A DNA stretch of 64,000 nt from the NCBI GenBank assembly GCA_965238005.1, contig OZ250165.1, positions 3,392,001-3,456,000 on the forward strand, in the 5' to 3' direction. This document shows, one piece after another, positions 1 to 12,000 of this stretch. How positions within the stretch are numbered: the first letter of the stretch is position 1; each line of letters begins with the position of its first letter. The position numbers and the translations under genes are program-made. This DNA comes from Longimicrobiales bacterium. GTDB taxonomy: Bacteria; Gemmatimonadota; Gemmatimonadetes; Longimicrobiales; Gaopeijiaceae. Under the pieces are notes generated by a model, which saw only the letters and a program-made list of their open reading frames with translations, was not told the origin of the DNA and made no database searches.

Positions 1-2356
1 GGGCGTCCCGGATAGTGCGCCACACGCGCTCCGGAGTCGCCGGCATGTCCATGTGCTCGACGCCTAGATGCGCCAGGGCGTCCACGACGGCGTTGATGAC
101 CGCGGGGGGGATTCCGATGGAGCCCACCTCCCCGACACCCTTCACACCCAGCGGGTTGTGGGTGCAGTGCGTGATGTTGTGCCCCGTCTTGAAGAACGGC
201 AGATCGGCCGCCCGGGGCATGCAGTAGTTCATGTACGATCCAGTGAGGAGCTGCCCACTGTCGTCGTACTTACAGTGCTCCAGGAGCGCCTGCCCGATCC
301 CGTGCGCCAGGCCTCCGTGCATCTGGCCGTCGACGATCATGGGATTGATGATGCGCCCCACGTCGTCGGCGCAGGACACCGCCACCAGCTCCACGACACC
401 CGTCTCGGCGTCGATCTCCACCTCGGCCACATGAGCCCCGGCCGGAAAGGTGAAGTTCTTGGGATCGTAGAAGGCCGTCTCGTCCAGACCAGGCTCCAGT
501 CCTTCCGGATAGTTATGCGGCACGTAGGCCGCCAGCGACACGTCGCCGAGACCCAGGGACTTGTCCGTGCCGGCCACGGTGAAGCGGCCGTCCTCGAAGA
601 CGACGTCGGCCTCGGAGGCCTCCATGAGATGGGCTGCGATCTTGGTACCCTTCTTGATGATCTTCTGCAGGGCCTCGTAGATGGCGGACCCACCCACCGC
701 CACCGAGCGGGAGCCGTAGGTGCCCATGCCGAAGGGCACCTGGGCGGTATCACCGTGAACGACCTCCACCTGGTCGATCCCGATGCCCAGACCCTCGACC
801 ACGATCTGGGCGAAGGTCGTCTCGTGGCCCTGGCCGTGGCTGTGGCTCCCGGTAAAGACCGTCACGCTCCCTGTGGGATGCACGCGCACCTGCCCCACCT
901 CGAAGAGCCCGGCGCGCGCTCCCAGCGCGCCCGCCACCGCCGACGGGGCGACGCCGCACGCCTCCAGGAACGTCGAGAGGCCGATCCCCCGGAGCTTCCC
1001 CCTGGACTTGGCCTCCTCCCGGCGAGCCTCGAAGCCCCCCCAGTCCGAGAGCTCTAGCACCAAGTCCAGCGTGCCGTCGTAGTCCCCCGTGTCGTACTCA
1101 AACAACACCGGCGTCTGATAGGGGAACTGATCCGGCTGGATGAAGTTCCTTCGCCGGATCTCCACCGGATCTATCCCCAGCCGGCGGGCAGCCACGTCCA
1201 CGAGGCGCTCCAGCATGAAGGCGGCCTCCGGTCGCCCGGCACCCCGGACCGCGTCCACCGGCACCGTGTTGGTGAAGATCGCCTTCACTTCACCGTAGAT
1301 GGCCGGCGTACTGTAGCATCCCGAGAAGACCGTCCCATGGAGGTAGGTAGGTATCAGGGGTGCGAAGGTCGAGAGGTACGCGCCCATGTTCGCCAGTGTG
1401 CTCACGCGCAGACCCAGGAAGCGCCCTTCGCCGTCCAGGGCGAGCTCGGCGTGGGTTATATGATCCCGTCCGTGGGCGTCGGACATGAACGACTCCGAGC
1501 GCTCCGCCGTCCACTTGACGGGCCGCCCGAGCTTGGACGACGCCCAGGTCACGATGACCTCTTCGGCGTAGTGGAAGAACTTCGAACCGAACGCTCCCCC
1601 CACGTCCGGTGACACGACCCGGAGCTTGTGCTCAGGAATCTGTAGGACGAAGGCGCCCATCAGGAGCCGCACGACGTGGGGAAACTGGCTCGATGTGTAG
1701 AGCGTGTAGTCCTCCCCTACCGGGTCGTAGTCGCCGATGGCCACCCGAGGCTCGATGGCGTTGGGGATGAGACGGTTGTTCACGATGTCGAGGGCCACCA
1801 CGTGCTCGGCTCCCCCGAATGCCGCGTCGGTGGCGGCCTTGTCGCCGATCTCCCAGTCGAAGCAGACGTTGGCAGGCGCGTCGTCCCAGACCTGCGGGGC
1901 GCCGTCGCTCACGGCCCGGCTCAAAGACGCCACCGCCGGGAGGCTCTCGTACTCGACGTCGACGAGGGCTGCGGCAGCCTTGGCCGCCGCCTTCGTCTCG
2001 GCTACGACCACGGCGACGATATCCCCCACGTGCCGTACCCGCTCGACGACGAGCGGCGGGTGCGGCGGCTCGACCATGGGCGAGCCGTCCTTGCTGTGGA
2101 TCTGCCATCCGCAAGGGAGCCCGCCCACTCCGTCGGCGGCCATATCCGCGCCGGTGAACACGGCCACCACGCCCGGGGCGGCCGCGGCCGCCGCGGTGTC
2201 GATGCCGGAGATGTTGCCGTGCGCCTCCGGAGAGCGCACGAGGTAGGCGTACGTCTGTCTGGGCCGATTGATGTCGTCCGTGTAGTTGCCCCTTCCCATG
2301 AGGAAGCGGCCATCTTCCTTCCGCCGCACGGCGGCCCCGATTCCGTTCTCCGCCAT
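1..2356 (-). CDS. Molybdopterin-binding large subunit, xanthine dehydrogenase / form II CoxL-like; 3' end runs off the left edge
   Basis: Minus strand from ATG at 2356 reads [28 protein letters not shown]; active-site loop [10 protein letters not shown] (1232-1252, same frame); C-terminal [12 protein letters not shown] near base 1. Absent from the ORF track, consistent with its stop lying outside the window. Adjacent to coxS. Confidence 0.9.
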   Translation of the reverse strand, partial: MAENGIGAAVRRKEDGRFLMGRGNYTDDINRPRQTYAYLVRSPEAHGNISGIDTAAAAAAPGVVAVFTGADMAADGVGGLPCGWQIHSKDGSPMVEPPHPPLVVERVRHVGDIVAVVVAETKAAAKAAAALVDVEYESLPAVASLSRAVSDGAPQVWDDAPANVCFDWEIGDKAATDAAFGGAEHVVALDIVNNRLIPNAIEPRVAIGDYDPVGEDYTLYTSSQFPHVVRLLMGAFVLQIPEHKLRVVSPDVGGAFGSKFFHYAEEVIVTWASSKLGRPVKWTAERSESFMSDAHGRDHITHAELALDGEGRFLGLRVSTLANMGAYLSTFAPLIPTYLHGTVFSGCYSTPAIYGEVKAIFTNTVPVDAVRGAGRPEAAFMLERLVDVAARRLGIDPVEIRRRNFIQPDQFPYQTPVLFEYDTGDYDGTLDLVLELSDWGGFEARREEAKSRGKLRGIGLSTFLEACGVAPSAVAGALGARAGLFEVGQVRVHPTGSVTVFTGSHSHGQGHETTFAQIVVEGLGIGIDQVEVVHGDTAQVPFGMGTYGSRSVAVGGSAIYEALQKIIKKGTKIAAHLMEASEADVVFEDGRFTVAGTDKSLGLGDVSLAAYVPHNYPEGLEPGLDETAFYDPKNFTFPAGAHVAEVEIDAETGVVELVAVSCADDVGRIINPMIVDGQMHGGLAHGIGQALLEHCKYDDSGQLLTGSYMNYCMPRAADLPFFKTGHNITHCTHNPLGVKGVGEVGSIGIPPAVINAVVDALAHLGVEHMDMPATPERVWRTIRDA

Positions 2357-2357
2357 G

Positions 2358-2825
2358 TCAGCCTCCCATCTCCGAGGCCGCCGCCTGCACGGCCTTCACG
2401 ATGTTGTGGTATCCGGTGCAGCGGCAGAGGTTGCCCTCGAGCCACTCCCGCACCTCGCCTTCGGACGGGTCGGGATTTCTGCTCACCAGGTCGAGACTGC
2501 TCATCACGATGCCCGGGGTGCAGAACCCGCACTGAAGGCCGTGATGCTCCTTGAAGGCTTCCTGCATGGGGTGAAGCGCTCCGTTCGTCGCGACCCCTTC
2601 GATGGTCGTGACCTCGGCGCCTTCGGCCTCGACGGCCAACATGGTGCAGCTCTTGACCGACTTGCCCCCGACGTGGACGACGCAGGCCCCGCACTGGCTC
2701 GTGTCGCACCCCACGTGGGTGCCGGTCAGGGTCAGGGTCTCACGGAGAAAGTCCACGAGAAGGGTGCGCGCTTCGACTTCACGCGAGACCGCTTGGCCGT
2801 TTACCTGTATCGAGACGACTGGCAT
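2358..2825 (-). CDS. coxS: (2Fe-2S)-binding small subunit, CoxS/CutS family
   Basis: [18 protein letters not shown] and GNLCRCTGY motifs. Confidence 0.93.
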   Translation of the reverse strand: MPVVSIQVNGQAVSREVEARTLLVDFLRETLTLTGTHVGCDTSQCGACVVHVGGKSVKSCTMLAVEAEGAEVTTIEGVATNGALHPMQEAFKEHHGLQCGFCTPGIVMSSLDLVSRNPDPSEGEVREWLEGNLCRCTGYHNIVKAVQAAASEMGG

Positions 2826-3038
2826 GAACGACTCCCTTGCAGGAGAAGGTTCACGGCCAGTCCCGAGGGATCCGGCCGCGAAGGGAATGCGGTCAGGATG
2901 GGGCGCAGAAAACCCCCGGTCAAGCGACGCTGAGGCTACTCATACGAGGTCGCGTAGAAGTTGGGTACCGCATCCCCCGGGCGTCGCACACGAGGGCCAG
3001 CGTCCCGGCACCGCCAGGCGCCTCGAGTCGCCGCCCGG

Positions 3039-4505
3039 TCAGGCCGTGGCGGAGCGGCTGGTCCCTCCGCTGAGGAACAGGGCGTCGAGCGCGCTCAGGA
3101 GCTCTTCGGCGACGAACGGCTTCTGAAGGAACGGAATCTCGTAGCGCTGACAGAGGAGCATCTCCTCCTCGTCCAGCGTGGCTCCGCTCATGACCACCGC
3201 CCTGGTGTTCTCGAATTCCTTGATTAGCTCCACCGCCAGACCCACGCCCTCTCCGTCCGGAAGGATGTGATCGAAAAGCAGAATGTCGGGCACCGCCTCC
3301 ATGACCCTCCGGCGGGCGCCTTCCGACGACGACGCAATCATGACCTTGTGCCCCTCGTTGGTCAGGACCCGCTCGATCCAGCCGAGGAGGGCGTTGTTGT
3401 CGTCTACGGCGAGGATGGTCACCGCCGCCATCTCCGGGCGGGGTGTCCCGCCCGTGGCCACCAGGGTGAGCTGGTCGCCCTCTTCCTGGAGGTCAACGGT
3501 GACGATGGCGCCCGGTGCCACGTCGCCATTGGCCACCATGGCGGCCAGTGGTTGCGTGAGGTGTCGATGGATGGTGCGGCGGAGCTCACGGGCACCGTAT
3601 TCCATGCTCGTCCCCTTGTCGAGCATGAAGAACCGGGCCGCGGGCGCCACCTCGATCTCGAAGGAGCGGCTTCCCAGACGACTCTGGACGTGACGCTGCA
3701 AGTCCATCACGTGCTGGTCAAGGATCGCCACCAGGGAATCGTTCCCCAGAGGACGGTACGTGATGACCGCGTCGATCCGGTTGACGAACTCGGGCGAGAA
3801 GTGACGCTGAACGGCCCGCAGGCCCACGCGTTCCAGGTGGGCCGAGAGCTCGGGGCCGGGCCGCCGCGGCCTAGTGTCGAAGCCCAGTCCCGGCTGGATC
3901 TCCGACATCATGTCTCGGGCACCCAGGTTGCTCGTCAGGAAGATGAGCGCCTTCTCGAAGTCCACCTCCGAGCCGTCGCCCAGCCTCAGGGTGGCCTTGT
4001 CGAGCACACCGAGAAGCAGCTGGGCAAGCGAAGGAGCGGCCTTCTCGATCTCGTCGAAGAGGACCAGTGAAAGATCGGACTGCTCGCTGGCCGCCGCGTC
4101 CAGGATGTGCTGGGTGAGCCGGGGCTCCGTCTGGGCGTGCCCCACGTACCCAGGAGGTGCGCCGATGAGCTTGGCCACCTCGTGCTCGTTCTGAAACTCG
4201 CCACAGTCGATCTTGACCACGCTCCGAATATCCCCGTGGAGCACCTCGGCGAGGGCCTCGACCGTCCGGGTCTTGCCGGTCCCCGTAGGTCCGAGCCGGA
4301 GAAACACTCCCACGGGCCGCCCTTCGGGGGCGAGTCCCGACTGATGAAGCTGGATGCTCGGAACGATGTGCTCCAGGGCGTGGGCCTGGCCGACGACTTT
4401 GCTCGATAACAGCCCGATCAGCTCGTCGGTCCGGGTTGGGGGTGCCACCTCGTCGCCTGGCATCACATCGACCGGCTCGGTCACGTCATCACTGGTCCCA
4501 CTCAA
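3039..4505 (-). CDS. Stand-alone ClpB/ClpC D2-type AAA+ ATPase fused to a C-terminal receiver (REC) domain
   Basis: Walker A GPTGTGKT, pore loop GAPPGYVG, Walker [28 protein letters not shown]; then ILAVDD...LLFDHILPD...VMSG...FLQKPF. Confidence 0.85.
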   Translation of the reverse strand: MSGTSDDVTEPVDVMPGDEVAPPTRTDELIGLLSSKVVGQAHALEHIVPSIQLHQSGLAPEGRPVGVFLRLGPTGTGKTRTVEALAEVLHGDIRSVVKIDCGEFQNEHEVAKLIGAPPGYVGHAQTEPRLTQHILDAAASEQSDLSLVLFDEIEKAAPSLAQLLLGVLDKATLRLGDGSEVDFEKALIFLTSNLGARDMMSEIQPGLGFDTRPRRPGPELSAHLERVGLRAVQRHFSPEFVNRIDAVITYRPLGNDSLVAILDQHVMDLQRHVQSRLGSRSFEIEVAPAARFFMLDKGTSMEYGARELRRTIHRHLTQPLAAMVANGDVAPGAIVTVDLQEEGDQLTLVATGGTPRPEMAAVTILAVDDNNALLGWIERVLTNEGHKVMIASSSEGARRRVMEAVPDILLFDHILPDGEGVGLAVELIKEFENTRAVVMSGATLDEEEMLLCQRYEIPFLQKPFVAEELLSALDALFLSGGTSRSATA

Positions 4506-4551
4506 TTCAGGACTCCATCAACGGATCGGCCTCGCGCGAGGGATCCGGTCC

Positions 4552-5427
4552 TCACGCGCCCGCGCTCGAGGCTTCCGCCGCGGCACCTGTCTCCACAGCG
4601 GCGCCGACTAGGTTGCCCCACTCGGTCCACGAGCCGTCGTAGTTCTTGATGCTGTCGTACCCCAACAGGTACTTCAGCGCGAACCACGAGTGGCTGCTGC
4701 GCTCACCGATCCGGCAGTAAGTGATAATGGGCCGCTCTCCCGTGATGCCACGGTCGCCGTACACCGCGGCCAGCTCGTCCCGTGACTTGAACGTACCGTC
4801 GTCGTCGTTGACCGCCATGCCCCATGGGATATTCGACGCACCGGGGATGTGTCCCCCGCGCTGGCAGGTCTCGGGGAGTCCGGGAGGGGCCAGGATCTCT
4901 CCGCTGAACTCGGCGGGGCTGCGTACGTCCACGAGCTCGACCGCGCTGTCGCTGACCTGCTCCTGCACCTCAGGCAGAAACGCCCGGAGGGTGAGGTCGG
5001 CATCGGCAGCCTGGTAGCTCGTGGGCGACACGGAGGGCACATCTGTCGTCATCTCCCGACCCTCCGCCTCCCACTTCTTGCGACCGCCATCCATGAGGCG
5101 CACGTCCTCATGGCCGTAGACCTTGAGCTGCCAGAAGGCCCAGGCCGCGAACCAGTTGTTGCTGTCGCCATACAGCACGACCGTGGATTCGGGGTCGATG
5201 CCGGACTCGGACAGCAGCGCTTCCATGTCCCCCTTGGACAGGATGTCCCGCCGGACCTGATCGGCGAGCTGCGTCTTCCAGCTCCAGCCGATGGCGCCGG
5301 GAAGGTGCCCTTGGTCGTAGAGCTCCGTATCGACGTTCACCTCGACGGCGCTGACCCCCGGGTCGCTGGAGTGCTCACTCACCCAGTCGGTAGTGACGAG
5401 GACTTCGGGATGGGCGTGATCGGACAT
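4552..5427 (-). CDS. Tandem-rhodanese thiosulfate/3-mercaptopyruvate sulfurtransferase
   Basis: Start MSDHAHPEVLV after AGGAGG; GHIPGA, CRIGERS active-site loop, YDGSWTEWG signature. Confidence 0.92.
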   Translation of the reverse strand: MSDHAHPEVLVTTDWVSEHSSDPGVSAVEVNVDTELYDQGHLPGAIGWSWKTQLADQVRRDILSKGDMEALLSESGIDPESTVVLYGDSNNWFAAWAFWQLKVYGHEDVRLMDGGRKKWEAEGREMTTDVPSVSPTSYQAADADLTLRAFLPEVQEQVSDSAVELVDVRSPAEFSGEILAPPGLPETCQRGGHIPGASNIPWGMAVNDDDGTFKSRDELAAVYGDRGITGERPIITYCRIGERSSHSWFALKYLLGYDSIKNYDGSWTEWGNLVGAAVETGAAAEASSAGA

Positions 5428-5580
5428 GACTGGCCTCCTTGGGAAAGAGCCGGCGGGTAAAGAGCCCGGAGACACTCCGGGCCACCTCCACAGCGAAAAC
5501 CTGTGAACGATCGGATTCGTTCCGATCATACCCCAGCTTTGTGAAAAGGAAACCGGAATAGCGGGACGGGGGGCTCAAGC

Positions 5581-5603
5581 CGTCGCCCCCCAGGGGGGCG
5601 ACG
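5581..5603. terminator. GC-rich inverted repeat downstream of nrdJ (possible terminator or stabilising hairpin)
   Basis: CGTCGCCCCCC-A-GGGGGGCGACG perfect inverted repeat; no clear U-tract. Confidence 0.45.
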
Positions 5604-5652
5604 GGCCGAGGGAAGATCAGATCAGGAGGTCAGTGAATGAAGATGGCTTCCA

Positions 5653-8178
5653 TCATCCACACTCGCTGTATCCGCAGACGTGGCACTTGACGCAGCCCTC
5701 CTCGTAGGAGAGCTGGCCGGCCCCGCACTCGGGACAGCTTCCCAGGAAGCTGTTGGGAAGGTCTGCGTCCGGGGCCCCGTGGGGCTGGGTGCCCCCGGCT
5801 GCTACGCCCACGCCGAGGGGAAGCGTCTCCTGTACGCCGTCCTTCTCCGCCGTGTACTTCTCGAGGGCCTGTCCGATGGCGTCGGGCAGCGAGAGCACCT
5901 TGGTCGGACCCACGCCCACCGCGCGATCCGACGAGATGCCCCGAAGCTGATCCCTCACAGCCGGAAGGGGGATACCGGAGCGGAGGGCCAGTGAGATCAA
6001 GCGGCCGATCGCCTCGGCGTCGGCCGTGGCGGCACCTCCGGCCTTTCCGAGCGTGCAGAACACCTCGAAGGCTCTCCCGTCTTGGTCTTCGTTGATGGTC
6101 ACGTAGCAGTCGCCGAGAGGTGAGCTCATCTTGAAGGTGCGGCCACGGAGCATGGGCGGACGTTGCCGCTTGTGGCGCGCCGCCGCCGCCGTCAGGTCCT
6201 GCTCCTGCTGCTCCCGATAGACTTGCTCCAGCTCCACGCGGAGTCCGTGGAGCGACTCGCGCGCGTCTGCCAGCAGGTGCTCGAGCTCGACGACCTCGGC
6301 GCTGCTTCCGCTCGCCCCGCTCTCCGACTTCTCCGTCTTTCCGGTGGAGAGCACCTGGTCGGCCCTCGATCCGTCCCGGTAGACGGTGACGCCCTTGCAG
6401 TGGAGCTCGTACGCCAGCTCGTAGATCTGCCGGACGTCTTCCTCCCGAGCCTCCTTCGGGAAGTTCGTGGTCTTGGAGATGGCCGAGTCGGTGTGCTCCT
6501 GGAACGCCGCCTGCATCCGTACATGCCACTCGGGCGTGATGCCGTGGGCCGTCTTGAACACTGCCTGGATCCCCTCCGGTACCTCATCGAAGTGGATGTG
6601 GCCCTCCTCCGCGATCCGGGTCACGAGATCCTCGGAGTACCAGCCCTCCTCCTTGGCCCGAGCGACGAAGTCCGGGTTCACGTCGGGCATCCTCACACCC
6701 GCCTGATTGCGCATGAACGCCACCGCGAAGATTGGTTCGATGCCACCGGAGCATCCCGCGAAGATGGAGATGGTGCCGGTGGGCGCCACCGTGGTGAGGT
6801 TGCAGTTCCGAAGGCGACGCTCGGGCCGAATGCGCCGCCCCTCCGACCCACGGGCGCACGTGTCGTCGGGACCCCAGATGGACTCTTCCCACGCTGGGAA
6901 CGCGCCGCGGCTCTCGGCCAGTCTCTCCGACGCGTTGCGAGCCTCCTCGTTCACGAAGCCCATGACCTTCCGCCCCATCGCCACGCCTTCGGAGGTGTCG
7001 TACGCGATTCCGAGCTTGATGAGCATGTCAGCCCACCCCATGACGCCCAGACCGATCCGGCGGATCGCCTGAGCCAGCTCGGTGATGGCCGAGAGGGGAT
7101 ACCGGTTCGCGTCGACGACGTTGTCCAGGAAGTGGGTGGACAGGGCGACGGTCCGGCGCAGGCCGTCCCAGTCGATTCGGTCGGCGGGCTCGTCTCCCCC
7201 GCCGGCGTCCTCCTTCACGAACTTGGCCAGGTTGATGCTGCCCAGGTTGCAGACGTCGTATGGCAGGAGCGGCTGCTCCCCGCACGGGTTCGTGGCTTCA
7301 TAGGAGCCGAGCTCGGGAACCGGATTGAAGGCGTTGGCACGATCGATGAAGAAGGTGCCCGGCTCGCCGGTCTTCCAGGCGCCGTGCACGATCATGTCGA
7401 AGATCTCGCCGGCGTCTTCCTGCCCGACCACCTCTCCGCTCTTGGGGCTCACGAGGTCATAGCTGGCCTCGTTGTGCACGGCCTCCATGAAGGCGTCGGT
7501 GAGGGCGACCGAGATGTTGAAGTTCGTGATCTGGGACGTGTCGTCCTTGCACGTGATGAACGACCGGATGTCCGGATGATCCACGCGTAGGATCCCCATG
7601 TTCGCACCCCGCCTGGTTCCACCCTGCTTGACGACCTCCGTGCTGGCGTCGTAGAGCCTCATGAAGGAGATGGGCCCGGAGGCCACGCCCATGGTGGAAC
7701 GAACCTGGGACCCGGTGGCGCGCAGCCTTGAGAAGGAGAATCCCGTCCCCCCGCCCGACTGGTGCACCAGCGCCATGGACTTGAGCGTGTCGTAGATACC
7801 GCTCTTTCCGTTCGACAGGGCGTCGTCGACGGGAAGGACGAAGCACGCCGATAGCTGCCCCAGCGGCCGCCCGGCGTTCATCAAAGTGGGAGAGTTCGGC
7901 TCGAAGCTCCCGTTGGTCATGAGGTCGTAGAACTGACGGGCCAGCTCCTCGACAGCCGCATCCGAAGCCCCATACTCCTTGTCCGCCTCGGCGATCACCC
8001 TGGCCACCCGCCAGAACATGGTCTCCGGCTCTTCGAGCGGGTTGCCGTGCTCGTCCTTCTTCAGGTAGCGCTTTCCCAGAACGATGCGTGCGTTCTCGGA
8101 AAGAGTGGCCGGGGCAATGTCGTCCGGCACTACGTCATCGAAGATGCTCGCATCGTCTGAACGGGACTCCTGCTTCAT
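5653..8178 (-). CDS. nrdJ: Class II adenosylcobalamin-dependent ribonucleotide reductase with TSCPD-like domain and C-terminal Zn ribbon
   Basis: [54 protein letters not shown]...[14 protein letters not shown]. Confidence 0.95.
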   Translation of the reverse strand: MKQESRSDDASIFDDVVPDDIAPATLSENARIVLGKRYLKKDEHGNPLEEPETMFWRVARVIAEADKEYGASDAAVEELARQFYDLMTNGSFEPNSPTLMNAGRPLGQLSACFVLPVDDALSNGKSGIYDTLKSMALVHQSGGGTGFSFSRLRATGSQVRSTMGVASGPISFMRLYDASTEVVKQGGTRRGANMGILRVDHPDIRSFITCKDDTSQITNFNISVALTDAFMEAVHNEASYDLVSPKSGEVVGQEDAGEIFDMIVHGAWKTGEPGTFFIDRANAFNPVPELGSYEATNPCGEQPLLPYDVCNLGSINLAKFVKEDAGGGDEPADRIDWDGLRRTVALSTHFLDNVVDANRYPLSAITELAQAIRRIGLGVMGWADMLIKLGIAYDTSEGVAMGRKVMGFVNEEARNASERLAESRGAFPAWEESIWGPDDTCARGSEGRRIRPERRLRNCNLTTVAPTGTISIFAGCSGGIEPIFAVAFMRNQAGVRMPDVNPDFVARAKEEGWYSEDLVTRIAEEGHIHFDEVPEGIQAVFKTAHGITPEWHVRMQAAFQEHTDSAISKTTNFPKEAREEDVRQIYELAYELHCKGVTVYRDGSRADQVLSTGKTEKSESGASGSSAEVVELEHLLADARESLHGLRVELEQVYREQQEQDLTAAAARHKRQRPPMLRGRTFKMSSPLGDCYVTINEDQDGRAFEVFCTLGKAGGAATADAEAIGRLISLALRSGIPLPAVRDQLRGISSDRAVGVGPTKVLSLPDAIGQALEKYTAEKDGVQETLPLGVGVAAGGTQPHGAPDADLPNSFLGSCPECGAGQLSYEEGCVKCHVCGYSECG

Positions 8179-8298
8179 ACTGCTCCTGCTCCATCGCTCA
8201 ATGTGGCAATGCTGTGGAAATACATACCCCTCATATGTTGAAAATCGGCGATAGACGGCTCCGCCAAGGCATTGCTAATGTGGAGAATTGCCTGAGTA

Positions 8299-8350
8299 CC
8301 ACAAAATATTGGGGTATTCTTAACATACACCCCCTATATCTTGTGGTCAA
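8299..8350 (-). promoter_or_regulatory. Tandem NrdR boxes overlapping a candidate nrdJ promoter
   Basis: CCACAAAATATTGGGG (8299-8314) and CCCCTATATCTTGTGG (8331-8346), 32 bp apart, both fit acaCwAtATaTwGtg; minus-strand TTGACC-17 nt-TATGTT overlaps them. Confidence 0.8.
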
Positions 8351-8635
8351 GAATCTTCGTCGGGGAGCACGCAAGACCGCCTGATTCGCCGGACCGCCTC
8401 CCCAGGCAACGCGGCAAGCGGCCGAGATCTGCTCCCGCGGACTTTGATAACACCCCCACAAGGTCCTATGTTGCGTGATATCGGGTCTGGCCAGCCACTC
8501 AGCATATCTCGCCCCCCGCGGAGCGCCCCGCAGGCGTCCCCCCGTTGCGTGTGTGGGCGCAGAATCTTGACATCGGAGCCAACGGTTGACTCGGGGTGGG
8601 GCCGCAAGCCCGGCCTCGGAGAGGGAGATCCACGA

Positions 8636-9001
8636 GTGAGAACGTTTCGCAGAGCCATCGAGCTGGGCCTCCCCATCCTGGGGATGGCCGTGGTTTTCGG
8701 CGGCGTCATCTTCGTCCCCCCGACCAGCCTCCAGATCCAGGTCCTGGTCGTCCTCGTGGGGGTGTTGATCCTCGAAGCGGGTGTCTGGGGCCTGACCAGT
8801 CAGATTCTCCCCAACGAACGTCAATTTGTCGCCCTCCGCGAAGAGGGTGACCACTTCATCAACCTCATCCGCAACCTCAACGCGGCGGCGCTGGCGCGGA
8901 AGGCCGGCCTCGAAGGAAGCGACGAGCGCTTCGAGGAGGCTCTGGCCGCCATGCACGCGTCCGTGGAGCGCATGGCGGGGTTGGCTGGGGAGGAGCGCTG
9001 A
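8636..9001 (+). CDS. Small membrane protein (two TM helices), unknown function
   Basis: GTG at 8636 after GAGGGAG; two hydrophobic segments then a helical tail. Confidence 0.6.
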   Translation: MRTFRRAIELGLPILGMAVVFGGVIFVPPTSLQIQVLVVLVGVLILEAGVWGLTSQILPNERQFVALREEGDHFINLIRNLNAAALARKAGLEGSDERFEEALAAMHASVERMAGLAGEER

Positions 9002-9002
9002 T

Positions 9003-12000
9003 CTAGAAGGCCGTCCCCAGTCGAAGGTATAGCGGATCATCGGCCTCGTCGTTCAGGGTGAGAGCGGCTCCCAACCTGAAGAACAGGCGCGTGTTGAAGA
9101 GGGCCAGCACCGAGACCTGCAGCTCGGCCCCCACGGCCCCGAGCGTCGGCTCCCGTGGGTTCAGGACGTCGATGGCTGGATTCGAGTCTCCCCAGGCGTT
9201 CCCGCCGTCCACGAACAAGGAGCCGCTTAAACGGTCGAGATGCAGGGGGAAGAGGCCGAAGCCTCGGTGGGCATTCAGGATCGGGAAACGGTATTCGGCG
9301 GACACTGTCCAGGCGTAGCGACCTGCGCGCTGGCCCCTGAAGTACCCCCTCACGGGGAAGAGCAGCGGCAAGCCTCCGAACAGCTCCAGGCCCGTGAGGT
9401 CCTCCAGCCGCCCCTGTGCACCACCCACGTCGAAGTGGAACCGGTTCGCTCCGGGACCGAAGGCCGCTCCCAACGAGGCTCGCCATGCGAAGACGTGGCG
9501 CGAGAAGCCCGGCCCCGCAAAGGCATGGTAACCCCGGATCCGGGCGGTGGCGTCCCGGAACCCGCGATCACCGTCGTGGACCCCGCGCTGCGAGCTCGGA
9601 AGCGAGAGCTCACGGCGCGCCCGAAGCCGGAGAAAACCCCCAAACCCGGCCTCCGCGCTGGTGGAGAAGGCGTAGGAGCGGGCGCTGGTGAAGGAGACCG
9701 TCGTCGAGGCTTCCGCCAGTCGGCGCTGCGGCCGGGAGAGGGTGAAGGCGATCTCGTCCAGGTTCTCATCCAGAAGCTCGAGCTCCTCCCAGATGTGCGC
9801 AGCCGAGAATGACACGGACGTACGGGTCCGCATCCGCCGACGGACCAGCGTCACCGAGCCTCCCAGCCTGCGCTCCCTTTCCCCGTCGAACGCCGGGATC
9901 GTGTCGCCGGGCTCGGGCTCGAAGGCGAAGGGGCCGTCGATATCGTGATCCTGACGGAAGGAGAGACCCAGGAACGGATTGCCTCTCCCGGAATAGGCGT
10001 ACGACAGATCGAGATCCGTCCGGCCGCCCTTCCGGAACACGCCTTCGATGGCGTAGGAATGCCGGCCCACCAGGTCCTGTCCCTCGACGCGCGCACCGAA
10101 TCCGGGCTTGAGCACTTCCTTGTCCTGCCGCGTCACGCCCGATCGAATGATCGGCTCCCAGGAGCGCGGCCAGATGGTCTGGAGCGCCCGGTACGGGCGC
10201 GAATCGCCCGACACCTGACGGGTGAAGAGCTCCGCGGCCGCCTCCCCCCCGCGGGTGAAGCCCTCCTTCAGCGGGAGCGGATCGAACCAGGAGTCCGGAT
10301 CGAAGCGGATGCGCTCCACGTCCCAGCCATGGACGTGATAGCTGGAGAAGTAGATCCACTCGCCCATGGGATCCACGGAGGGGTACGCGCTCCCCCCGAG
10401 CATGTTCGTGACTTGGCGGAGGGATCCCGGGGCTCCGGACGTAGGATCGACCTCCATGGCATACAAGTTCGGAATCCCGCTCCGGTCCGACGACCACAGG
10501 AGCCGGCGACCGTCCGGCGTCCAGGCGGCCGCTTGGTCGATGGCCCGGTCGTCCGTGACCTGATGGACGATCCGGCCCGTCGGGTCCAAAACGAACAGAT
10601 CGTAGAAGGCGCCCGGCCTCCACCGCGAGGCGGCGATCCAGCGACCATCGGGTGACCAGGCCGGATACGCCCAGTGCTCGTCCGCCACGAACTCCGTGAG
10701 AGGCTCGATCGCTCCCGTGGAGAGATCCACCCGCACGAGGCGGTTGGTCCCATCGCCATCCTGCACGGCCACGGCGTATCGACCGTCCGGCGAAACCGTG
10801 GGCTGATCCAGGCGAGCGCCCCGGGTTACCCGGTGCTCGACACCGTCGCTGTCGACGCGCACCAGATCGGACCGTATCCGATACAGGTCGGTGAACTCCA
10901 GTTGGGCCACCAGAAGCGCGCCGTCGGGAAGCCAGGTCAGGTCCGCGACGTTGTTCACGCGTGTGAGCTTACGGCTGTCGGATCCGTCCGGATTCGCCAC
11001 CCGTAGCTGGATGTCGCTACGGCCGTCGGAGTGCAGGTAGGCGAGCCGGCTGCCGTCGGGAGAGATCTCCGGGAAGAGCGCCCGGCGCCCTTCCCGTGCG
11101 AGCGGCTCCCCCTTCGTAAGGGGGGCGGCGGCAGCCAGCGAATCGGCCAGGGCACGATAGCCGGCGTCGAGCTCTCGCTCCCACGAGGACCACGCCTCGC
11201 CGAAGCCGGTCCCGAAAGCGTCCTCGGCCCCGGAGCTCACGCGCCACGGGATGATCTGCCGGGCGATGGCGTCCACGAACTCGCCCATACGCTCCTCCCC
11301 GTACGTGTCCAGCATGTGGTCGAGGAACGACGCACCGTAGACGTATACCCGGCTTCCGGCGGGCCAGTTGGGCGAGAAGCCGGAGACCTGATCCAGGCCC
11401 TCGAACCCGCCCTCGAGGATGGCCGTCCGGAGCACCATGTCGTGGAAGCTCCCCTTCACCCTCCCGGACTCGGTGAGGGCCGACTCGTAGTAGGTGGCCA
11501 TCCCCTCGCCGATCCACGTCGGTACGTCGAAGCCCGGAAAAGCCGGCCAGTCCGCCGAGGAGCGTCCCAGCACCGTCCTCACCAGCGACCCGATGGGTCC
11601 CGTGTGGTCGAGATGGAAGACATGTACCAGCTCATGGGTGACCACCGTCTCCAACCAGTCGTCGAAGTGGGTGACGTTGAACCCCTCCAGGGGGGGCCGG
11701 ACGAAGACCGTGATCCGATTGTAGGGGAGCGCGTTGGCGAAGCCGTTGGTCTGGTCGACGTGATCGGTCAACAGCAGCTCGATGCGGTCGCCAGGGGGAT
11801 CGACGAACTTATCGCTCAAAGAGTCGTAGGCGCGCTCCGCACGCTCCCCCGCCCTCCTGGCCATCGCCTCCAGATCGGCGGGGAAGGTGACACGAAAGTG
11901 GGTCGTCTCCAGGCTTCGCCAGCGCTCGTCCGGCGGTACTTGCGCCGCCCCCGCGGTCGCCCACAGCACGCAGAGGACGACCGACCAGAGCGTGGTCGTG

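Noticed and set aside
68..2554. Long plus-strand ORFs (68..1057, 1676..2554) and similar shadow ORFs across the window
   Set aside because: Antisense or alternate-frame shadows of real high-GC genes, with no motifs of their own
1..2825. Genuine aerobic CO dehydrogenase (form I)
   Set aside because: Lacks the AYxCSFR copper-binding loop
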